Of a stretch of DNA of 64,000 nt, positions 56,191-64,000 are shown piece after piece. Source of the stretch: Synechococcus sp. (GTDB lineage: Bacteria; Cyanobacteriota; Cyanobacteriia; Thermostichales; PCC-7336); the NCBI GenBank assembly GCA_051439425.1, contig JBFRWD010000075.1, positions 14,069-78,068 on the forward strand, in the 5' to 3' direction. Numbering within the stretch: the stretch's first letter is position 1; every line of letters starts with the position of its first letter. Under the pieces are notes generated by a model, which was not told the DNA's origin, searched no databases, and was given only the letters and a program-made list of their open reading frames with translations. Both the position numbers and the translations under genes were made by a program.

Positions 56191-57201
56191 TTGCAAGTTC
56201 GGCGACAAAAAATACTCTTCACATGTCTAAGTGAAGCCATGATTCAGCCGACACAAAGTTTAACTCCAGCTTCAATGGAGATTGGAGCTATTCTCAGTAC
56301 AACATTTAAGGTGTATCGATCTCAGTTTTGGCGTTTTTTTCTAATTTCTTTACGCGCTTTTACTTGGGTGTTTGCTGTTATTTGTGTCTCCACAATTGCC
56401 TTGCTAGCCATTATCGCAGTTCTAGTCGTCATCTTCGGCAGGCAGGATTCGATTAGCTCAAATTTAATTCTTGGTTTGGCAATTTTCGCGAGTGCGATCG
56501 CTTGGCTGGGCTTCTATTTATTCAGTTTTGCAAAGTTTCTAGCGAATTCAGCACTCATATCAAAACTGACGTTTAACATTCTTGCAAATAGCACCGAATC
56601 GCCCCGTCAATCGACTGAAAGCATTAAAGGCAAAACCTGGGCTTTCTTTCGAATTGCATTTTATTCATTCATGACATTTCTCTTGATTTACATTTTCTCT
56701 TGGATCTTGGGTGGCATTCTCGTCTTTACGGTAACAACAATCCTAGAGCTGTCGAATTCTGGGGAAGTAGCCGTAGCAATGGGTTTTATTGGAAGTAGTG
56801 TTATCTATTTCTTGGCTGTCCTATGCTTTTTGGCTTGGCTATTTTCTCGATGGTTTGTTCCTGAAGTTGCACTTGCTGTTGAAGATATTTCAGGTGCTGT
56901 AGACAGCCTTAGCAGGAGCTGGGATTTAAGCAAATCATCTGTTTTCAAGTTAATCGTAGTTGCCTTTATTGGCTGGTTGATTACCACTCCTATTACTGTT
57001 GCGATCTCGCTTCTGCCAATTATTGTGACAGGAGGTTTTGATACCAGTACCACCATGTATCAATCAATAGCAGTGTTGGCATCCATCTTGAACGCGGTTG
57101 TCAGTATTGCCATATTACCGTTTTGGCAAACCATCAAAGGGGTTTTGTATTACGACTTGAGGGCGCAAGCTCGGGAATTACCCCGCTTATCTTCTCAGTA
57201 G
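56191..57201 (+). CDS. Multi-pass membrane protein (GDPD-membrane-domain/DUF975-like); start uncertain
   Basis: IGAILS.TFKVYR, PEVALAVE, SLSRSWDL, PFWQ..K..LYYDLR. Confidence 0.7.
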   Translation: MQVRRQKILFTCLSEAMIQPTQSLTPASMEIGAILSTTFKVYRSQFWRFFLISLRAFTWVFAVICVSTIALLAIIAVLVVIFGRQDSISSNLILGLAIFASAIAWLGFYLFSFAKFLANSALISKLTFNILANSTESPRQSTESIKGKTWAFFRIAFYSFMTFLLIYIFSWILGGILVFTVTTILELSNSGEVAVAMGFIGSSVIYFLAVLCFLAWLFSRWFVPEVALAVEDISGAVDSLSRSWDLSKSSVFKLIVVAFIGWLITTPITVAISLLPIIVTGGFDTSTTMYQSIAVLASILNAVVSIAILPFWQTIKGVLYYDLRAQARELPRLSSQ

Positions 57202-57338
57202 TGCATGGTGTACCTAACCAGCACATTCATGAAAGAGCTTCGCAAGTCGATAATCCTGCAGATTTAAGGATAGAAATGGCGGCAGTCAAACTAAGTCCGC
57301 ATTTATCGGCCACAGCGATAACTCGACGAATCCTGCTG

Positions 57339-58802
57339 CTATTCGCGATCGCCCACTCGCCTGCCATCAGCGATCGACTCCGACGGATGCACGATCGCCA
57401 GCTCCCCCTCTTCCAACCCGGAGAGAATCGCCACCTCAAATCGACTTCGCGGCCCCAGCTGCACACGCCGCAACTGTGCCACTCCCTCTACCTTTACAAA
57501 CACGCACCAGTCGCGATCGCGAATTCCCTCCTCTGAATCGCATCGAAACACGGCATTCAACGGCACTTTTAACTCGCCCTCGACACCACCCACCACAAAC
57601 CGCGCGTCGATGCGAAATCCATCGCCCAACCGCTGCGGTACATCAACAAAATCGGCCAAAACGTTCACCCGCTGCTCCTCAACTCCCAACGCCGACGTCT
57701 CGGTAAACGCCGATGGCTCCACCCGTCTGACCCTGGCAAAAAGCCTATCGCCTCCTCCCCAGTTCTCCACCCAAACCTCTGCCCCTGGTTGAATTTTCAC
57801 CGCATCCGCCGACAGCACATCCACCACAATCTCCATATCCGCCACATTGCCTATCTCCAGCAGCGGTTCCCCTGCCTCAACAAACCGCTCGCTCTCCTGC
57901 ATCACCCGCAACACCAAGCCATCCGAGGGAGCATAGATCTCGGTGCGATTCGCTTCGTCCAACAAGTTGGTCAGCTCAGCTTCCACACTGGCAATGCGGG
58001 CATCGTAAACATCCAACAGGTAATCGGGATCGGTCTGCTCTGCTTCCAAATGCTGCAAATGTTCCCGTGCAGCTTCCACGTCCGCCACCGTTCGCTCGCT
58101 CTCCTGTCGTGCAGCCTCCAATGCTTGAGATTGCGTGTCTTCCTCCAACTGGGCTGTCTCTAGTATTTGCCGCGAAACAGCCCCAGCTGCCTCAAGTCGT
58201 TGAAATCGCTCGCGATCGCGCCGCGCCTGGGCCAACGCGGCGTCTGCCTCTCCCACCTTTGCCAACGCTTCGCGATGAGCGGCCTCTGCCGCCCGAATCC
58301 GAGCTTCGGCTTCCAGCAGTTCCGCCGGTTTGTGCCGCAAGGTTTCCACACCAATGCGCTCGGCCCGAAATTCCTCCAACCGCGCCTGCGCTTCCTGCAC
58401 TTGTGACGTCAGCGGCAGCGGATCGATACGAGCCACCACAGCATCTTGAATCACTTCATCTCCCGGATCGAGATCGATGCGCTGCACCCGCCCCCCCACC
58501 GGAGCCGCCACCACATACCGAGTTCGCACCCGCGTCTTCCCTTCCGCATCCACTGTCACTACCACATCCCCCCGTTCCACCACGGTGGTGTCTACCAAGA
58601 TCGGTGGGGGACGAAATGCCCAAATCAGAAGCGCAAGCACCCCTGCCCCTAAGAATCCGTAAGCCAGTTTACGGGCAATAGCTCGACGGTGTTTGACTTG
58701 ACCCTCCTGTTGAGGTGATCTAGTCGGTTTCTCCAGCTTGGGCGGGGTGTCCTGTGTGGGCTGTTTGTATTGCTTGGGCTGTCTGTACTGTTTTGTGTCC
58801 AT
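57339..58802 (-). CDS. Efflux periplasmic adaptor (MFP) subunit
   Basis: N-terminal TM, EGKTRVR, coiled coil, VEPSAFT..SALGVEEQRV. Confidence 0.9.
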   Translation of the reverse strand: MDTKQYRQPKQYKQPTQDTPPKLEKPTRSPQQEGQVKHRRAIARKLAYGFLGAGVLALLIWAFRPPPILVDTTVVERGDVVVTVDAEGKTRVRTRYVVAAPVGGRVQRIDLDPGDEVIQDAVVARIDPLPLTSQVQEAQARLEEFRAERIGVETLRHKPAELLEAEARIRAAEAAHREALAKVGEADAALAQARRDRERFQRLEAAGAVSRQILETAQLEEDTQSQALEAARQESERTVADVEAAREHLQHLEAEQTDPDYLLDVYDARIASVEAELTNLLDEANRTEIYAPSDGLVLRVMQESERFVEAGEPLLEIGNVADMEIVVDVLSADAVKIQPGAEVWVENWGGGDRLFARVRRVEPSAFTETSALGVEEQRVNVLADFVDVPQRLGDGFRIDARFVVGGVEGELKVPLNAVFRCDSEEGIRDRDWCVFVKVEGVAQLRRVQLGPRSRFEVAILSGLEEGELAIVHPSESIADGRRVGDRE

Positions 58803-58806
58803 ACCT

Positions 58807-61182
58807 CTACTCCCGAGTCTTCAGCACCGCAATCAGATCGAGGCTATTCAGACGACGACGTACCACCCAACCGGAGAGAATGGAGGCGATCGCCACAACC
58901 GAAAACGCAAACGCGTACCCCGATCTCGTCACAATCGCCGGCAGCCGCAACAACTCCGTGCGAAACTCAGCGGCCATCAGCATCACCAACCCCCACCCCA
59001 TCGCAAACCCAATCGGGACCGCCACCAGCGTCAGCAGCGTCTGTTCGCCCAGCAAAATGTAAGCAATCTCCCCCCGCGTAAATCCCATAATTCGCAGGCT
59101 GGCCAACTCCCGCTCCCGCTCCGATAGGGCAATGCGGGCCGAGTTGTAAATCACACTGAAACTGATAATGCTGGCGAAGATGGCCAATACTCTCGTGGTC
59201 ACCCGCAAGTTGGTAGCGCTAATACGTTCGAAACTCTCCAGAGCAGCTTCTCGAAAGGAGATGCCCGTCACGGCAGGTAGTTCTTTCAGGCGGGCATAGA
59301 GCTGGTTGGATTGCTGCGGATCGATCGCCAAATAGGCCCCAGAACTGCTCTGCCCCTCTTCCATCAGTCGATTCAGGGCAGAAATCTCCATGTAGGCAGA
59401 CAGGCCCAACATCTCGTCAATCGTCCCCGCCACCAGTACCGACTTCACCGGACGCGATCCTTCCAACACTTCCACCGTGATGCGATCGCCCGGGCGCACA
59501 TCCAGTAATTCTGCCAATGTGGTGGTGAGTACCATGCCTTCTGAGGGCAACTGCATCCGATTAAGATGGGTATCAATCAATTGCCGCAAGTCCCCATTGG
59601 CCTCCAGTCCAGTGACGGCATTACGGCGCTCCAGATGACCGTGACGTAGGCGGGCAGGCACCAATCGGTAAGACTCCGATTGCAGCACCCCTGGTAGGTG
59701 GGCGACGTCGTATCGCACGCTGGCCGATCGCGGTTCTGTGAAGGTAATCGACACATCCTCCCGCTGGGCGGTATGAAACTGTACCTCCACGAGCAGTTCG
59801 AGGGCAGCGCCAAAAAATCCCGCCACGATCACAATCGCTACCGCGACTCCAATCCCAGCGGTGGAGAGCAGCGATCGCAGCGAGGAACGCTCCAGGCTGC
59901 GCAGAATGATGCGTGTGGGTAGAGAAAACCAGCGCTGCAGGCCCAAGCGTTCGATGACCGTGGGACGAAAATCAGCGGGGGGTTGCGGGCGCATGGCTTC
60001 CGCCGGAGGCAACACCATTGCACGCCGCACGGCGGAAATTCCCCCAACTACCGCTGCTCCCACACTCACCAGTACTGCCGAGGCGATCGTGCGGGTACTT
60101 GCCACGTACTGCAGTAGCGGAAAGCTAAAAAAGGTGGTGTACGTTCGCGTCAGCCCCCTCCCCAGCCACATCCCCATCCCCAGTCCCAACACGGTTCCCA
60201 CTCCAGCCAGTATCAATACCAGCTTGAGATAGTGAAGGCTGATGGCCCAATTGCTATAGCCAAATGCCTTGAGGACAGCAATCTGCTCTCGCTGGGTGGC
60301 CACCAGTCGGGTCATCACGATATTGAGCAGAAACGCCGCCACCGCCAAAAACAAGGTGGGCAAAAAGCTGGCCGTATTCTCCAGTTCTTCCAGCTCGTTG
60401 GACAAAATATTGTGGGAGAGCTGATCCTTGCGCCCGTAGGCCCCAACTCCTCCGTAGATTTCCAGTAAGGCATCAAGGCGCTCGATGACTTCTTCCAGGC
60501 GTCCGTTGCGCGACAGCGTTAGCGCGACATTATTAAATGCCCCATCCATATCGAAGGCCGTTCCCAAGCCCTGTCGCCCCATCCACATCACTCCGAATAA
60601 CCTGTTTTCGGGATAGATCGCGCCGGCTCCGCGCACTTCATACACATACTCGGGAGAGAGGGCAATTCCCACAATCTGCAGCCGCTGCCAGCGTCCGTTG
60701 ATAATCGCCTCGACACTGTCCCCCTCCTTGAGGTTATTTGCCTTAGCAAAGGACTCGCTCACCAATACTTCATCGCTGCGTCCGGGCTCCAGATACCGCC
60801 CCCGCCGCAGAAACACCTCATTCAACACCGGAGCGTAGAGATCGGGCACCGATACCAATCGTCCTGTTGCGGGTTCGTCCAACCCCGGCACGTCCAGTGT
60901 CACATCCCGCACAACCCGCGTTTGCACCTGCTCAACCCCGGGAATGGCCTCGATCTGGGCTGTCAGCGTATCCGGTGCCCGCTTCAATTCCGCAAACACC
61001 TCCGCAAACCGGTAACGGTCGTAATAGGTAGCTTGAGTGAGTCCTAGCGATTCCAACGAACTCAAAGACATAACGAAACTGGCGATCCCGCATGCCACCA
61101 CCAACGCGATCGCGATCGCCTGTCCCCTCAGCCGCACCAAATCTCGCACTAGCTTAAGGTCGAGGGGATGCATGGCTACCAC
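58807..61182 (-). CDS. ABC exporter permease (duplicated MacB/FtsX)
   Basis: [46 protein letters not shown]. Confidence 0.92.
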   Translation of the reverse strand: MVAMHPLDLKLVRDLVRLRGQAIAIALVVACGIASFVMSLSSLESLGLTQATYYDRYRFAEVFAELKRAPDTLTAQIEAIPGVEQVQTRVVRDVTLDVPGLDEPATGRLVSVPDLYAPVLNEVFLRRGRYLEPGRSDEVLVSESFAKANNLKEGDSVEAIINGRWQRLQIVGIALSPEYVYEVRGAGAIYPENRLFGVMWMGRQGLGTAFDMDGAFNNVALTLSRNGRLEEVIERLDALLEIYGGVGAYGRKDQLSHNILSNELEELENTASFLPTLFLAVAAFLLNIVMTRLVATQREQIAVLKAFGYSNWAISLHYLKLVLILAGVGTVLGLGMGMWLGRGLTRTYTTFFSFPLLQYVASTRTIASAVLVSVGAAVVGGISAVRRAMVLPPAEAMRPQPPADFRPTVIERLGLQRWFSLPTRIILRSLERSSLRSLLSTAGIGVAVAIVIVAGFFGAALELLVEVQFHTAQREDVSITFTEPRSASVRYDVAHLPGVLQSESYRLVPARLRHGHLERRNAVTGLEANGDLRQLIDTHLNRMQLPSEGMVLTTTLAELLDVRPGDRITVEVLEGSRPVKSVLVAGTIDEMLGLSAYMEISALNRLMEEGQSSSGAYLAIDPQQSNQLYARLKELPAVTGISFREAALESFERISATNLRVTTRVLAIFASIISFSVIYNSARIALSERERELASLRIMGFTRGEIAYILLGEQTLLTLVAVPIGFAMGWGLVMLMAAEFRTELLRLPAIVTRSGYAFAFSVVAIASILSGWVVRRRLNSLDLIAVLKTRE

Positions 61183-61928
61183 TCCAACTGTGCGGGAGAC
61201 AACTTGCTCTCGTTCTGGCGCACGGTGAGAATTTCGCCACTGCGCATAGTGATGACGCGATCGGCCATCCCGGCAATTCCAGCATTGTGGGTAATCACCG
61301 CTGTAGTGGTGCCCAAATCTTGATTCACCCGTTCCAACACATCCAGCACCAACTTGCCAGTTTCAAAATCCAAGGCTCCCGTCGGTTCGTCGCACAGCAG
61401 CACTTCCGGACGCTTGGCAATGGCGCGAGCGATCGCCACCCGCTGCTGCTCTCCCCCGGATAGCTGAGCGGGAAAGTGATCCACTCGATGGGCCAAACCC
61501 ACCATGCCAAGAGCGTCGTGGGGATGCATGGCTTGACTGGACAGCTCGGTGACCAGCGCCACATTTTCTGCCGCCGTCAGGCTGGGGATGAGGTTGTAGA
61601 ACTGAAACACGAATCCGACGTGTTCGCGTCGAAACTGGGTGAGCGTGGCATCGCTGGCGGCAGTTAAAAGGCGATCTCGAAAGTAGACCTCTCCCGATGT
61701 GGGAACATCCAATCCTCCCAAAATGTTTAGTAGGGTGGATTTGCCACTGCCGGACGGCCCCAACAGCACCACAAATTCTCCGTCGTACAGCTCCAAGTCA
61801 ATCGAACGCAGAGCAGTCACTTCCACTTCCCCCACTTGATAGCTCTTACTGACCGAGCGCATGGCATAAATCGCCTTCGGACAAGGCACGTGAGAGGAGT
61901 TTTGTAGATCGACGGAAAGGTATGCCAT
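61176..61928 (-). CDS. ABC exporter ATP-binding subunit
   Basis: [40 protein letters not shown]. Confidence 0.95.
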   Translation of the reverse strand: MAYLSVDLQNSSHVPCPKAIYAMRSVSKSYQVGEVEVTALRSIDLELYDGEFVVLLGPSGSGKSTLLNILGGLDVPTSGEVYFRDRLLTAASDATLTQFRREHVGFVFQFYNLIPSLTAAENVALVTELSSQAMHPHDALGMVGLAHRVDHFPAQLSGGEQQRVAIARAIAKRPEVLLCDEPTGALDFETGKLVLDVLERVNQDLGTTTAVITHNAGIAGMADRVITMRSGEILTVRQNESKLSPAQLEW

Positions 61929-62298
61929 GGTTTATTCGATCGTTCCCAAACCGCGACTGATAGCAAATGAACCATCGCTCTTGCTTGGCGCGTATCGCAA
62001 TAAGCCGTTGATTTCCAAGCGAATACCGAGCGCACACTCTGTAGCAATAGTGAAAGTGAAGCACTCACCCCAGCCATGGGTCATCTTCTATTGAAGGAAG
62101 AAAGAATGTGAAAGCTGTGAGGCTGGCTTTGTCAACCATGTGAATCCCTCAACCATATGGAGCTCTCAACCATACAGATCTCTAACGTAAAGTCGGTGCG
62201 CTCGACGGGGATGAGGAAAGGATAGAAAGTGTCAGATCTTGGATCTCAGCCGAGAGCAATCAGCCTGATAAGCTGGAAAATCCCTGCCTTGCATATGT

Positions 62299-62739
62299 TC
62301 GCCCAGAACTGCTCGACAACAAGGCTCTAGGCTGTTGACCAGAGTCAACATTCAGACTGCTTTGGCGGCTGAAATGGCTCCAATTAGGGAACGAACCAGA
62401 ATTAGCACCGATCGCCTCGTCCGTGAGCTAGCGGCGAACGCCTTCTCTCGAATTACTGATGTGGTGAGTTGGGACAACGAAGGGATAGTCGTGAAGTCCA
62501 GCAGTGAGTTATCTGAGGAGAGTGCGATCGCCATTCAGCGCGTAACAATGCGTGAGACACAGACTAAAGATGGCACGCTTAGAGTCGTTGAAGTCAAGCT
62601 TCACGACAAGCTATCAGCACTTGAGAAACTATGCCGCCACATTGGTTTCTATAACGCTCGACCCGAGCAGGCCCCAATCAAAATTCAGATCGTGATGGCT
62701 GTGCCGGACTTTGTAGAGGAGGATGAGCGGCTTAACTAG
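62299..62739 (+). pseudogene. Phage terminase small subunit, N-terminally truncated
   Basis: In-frame SPRTARQQGSRLLTRVNIQ...ISTDRLVRELAANAF...VKLHDKLSALEKLCRHIG. The usual N-terminal helix is missing. Confidence 0.7.
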
Positions 62740-62899
62740 CAGCCTTCTTTATTAGTGTTGAAGTCAGGATGCCAGATTGTGTTGAGCATCCTGGCCTCGA
62801 TTTCCTCTGCAATGGCGTGTATGGTTCGTGGCATCAGAAAAGCAGGCCCGATGTCGTAGTTAGTACACCCCTCGACCTCGCAGCAGCGACACTGAGAGA

Positions 62900-63425
62900 G
62901 CCTCTGCCGTCTGTGCTCGACACTTGGGAGCACTTCACGATAGCAGCGGAGTAACTTCTCAACTTATCTGTTATGAATACTCGGGGAACGTACCCATGCC
63001 CCTTGATTAGACGTCGGAAGAATCTTTTGGCGACTTGCTTATTCTGTTGTTTCTAGACAAAGATATCCAGAACCCGGTTGTGCTGGTCAAATGCTCTCCA
63101 CAGTCAATGGAATTCACCATTGATGAGGAGTCGGACTTCATCAAAATGACATTTGTCGCCAGCATGGGCAAATCGACGTTTCAGTTGATTGGCATAGGAT
63201 TGGCCGAACTTGTGACACCATCTACGGATGGTCTCATAGCCAAATGGTATACCTCACTGAGCCGGGAGTTCTTCAACATCTCGGTAACTCAAACTAAATC
63301 GGAAATAGAGCCAGACAGAGTAGCTGATGATTACCCCTGGAAATCTGTGGCGAACGTAGGAAACGGAGGTTTTGCTCATCCTTTCATCTTCCCCGTCGAA
63401 TGCACCGAGTTTACGTGACAGTGCC
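62900..63425 (-). mobile_element. IS6-family element remnant with left terminal IR and transposase pseudogene
   Basis: IR GGCACTGTCACGTAA ending at 63425. From ATG 63379: MSKTSVSYVRHRFPGVIISYSVWLYFRFSLSYRDVEELPAQ*GI..YETIRRWCHKFG...H*LWRA..VLDIFV*...ITDKLRSYSAA, with three stops and a truncation. Confidence 0.9.
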
Positions 63426-63500
63426 GCTAATTTGGTATTACCATTTAAAAAATATATCTATGAAACACTCTTTCATCTGTAATTTATTCTAAGCATATCT

Positions 63501-64000
63501 ATGCAAGCGCTTCGACATATATTAATTACTACAACTTCTCAAATACCAGCTTTGTGTTGTGCTTTAGCTTCTGCTGTTTTCATAAGTGCTCCACCCTGGT
63601 CTGCAGATGAGATCAGTATTCGATTTGGCGCGGCCCAGAGATCGATCTCAGTAGAGGACCTAGAAACTTTTGTCAGTACAGGTGACATCCCCAGTAGTCT
63701 GAAATGGTATGCAGATCGGTTAACGGTAGAGGAGCAGAAGGCAATCCGGGCAATATTGCAGGAACCGCTGAATGTTGAAACCAATGTAGTAACCACATTT
63801 ATTGATTCACCGATTGGCAGCTCTTTACTTCGAAGATTATTGGCATTGTTCTGGGGGGGGCCGAACGAAGAAGCTTTGCTAAAAGCCTTACGAGCCTCCT
63901 TGGGCTTAGGACCCTTTGTGGAAGGGGGGCTAACCGTGGTGAACGCCATTCGCGAGTATCCTGGGTCTCAATTAAGAGTCGACGTGGGGGGTGCTTTGGC
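63501..64000 (+). CDS. DUF1400-containing alpha/beta hydrolase (runs off window; not in ORF track)
   Basis: Manual translation: signal peptide then ADEISIRFGAAQRSISVEDLETFVSTGDIPSSLKWY...SPIG..LL...ALRASL...GLTVVNAIREYP...RVD. Confidence 0.8.
   Translation, partial: MQALRHILITTTSQIPALCCALASAVFISAPPWSADEISIRFGAAQRSISVEDLETFVSTGDIPSSLKWYADRLTVEEQKAIRAILQEPLNVETNVVTTFIDSPIGSSLLRRLLALFWGGPNEEALLKALRASLGLGPFVEGGLTVVNAIREYPGSQLRVDVGGAL

Noticed and set aside
63035..63418. 127-aa plus-strand ORF
   Set aside because: It is the antisense shadow of the IS6 transposase pseudogene.
63539..63949. 136-aa minus-strand ORF
   Set aside because: It is antisense to the DUF1400 gene that runs off the window.

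Overview
Cyanobacterial chromosomal segment: GCGATCGC (HIP1) sites are frequent and ycf54, petN, ndhQ, a plant-type ferredoxin and a group 2 sigma factor are present. Most of it is housekeeping: a Ni/Co ECF transporter, plsX-fabH, glcD, iscA, mscS, purN, recQ, tldD/E, thioredoxin and a MacAB/DevBCA-type exporter. Several accessory or conflict loci are interspersed. The stand-out locus is on the minus strand at about 15.83-12.29 kb. There a tandem array of four unannotated structured RNAs lies directly upstream of a Ro60/Rsr (TROVE-vWA) gene and rtcB. Three of the RNAs have tRNA acceptor stems, D arms and T arms in normal tRNA order. The anticodon arm, however, is replaced by a long hairpin resembling the Y-RNA Ro-binding stem, with a shared GGUUAUCG motif. 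This is a circular permutation relative to described bacterial YrlA Y RNAs and leaves a free acceptor end. One copy encodes ACCA and a G3·U70 pair (alanine identity); two others show G-1:C73 (histidine-like). Other notable loci are a tandem STAND-type ATPase pair with a 15-bp-periodic operator array, a wHTH-REase-NACHT-WD40 protein beside a RES toxin-antitoxin pair, a patatin plus TPR/SLOG gene pair, IS6 remnants and a terminase small-subunit remnant. All calls come from reading the sequence by eye; no searches or folding programs were run.
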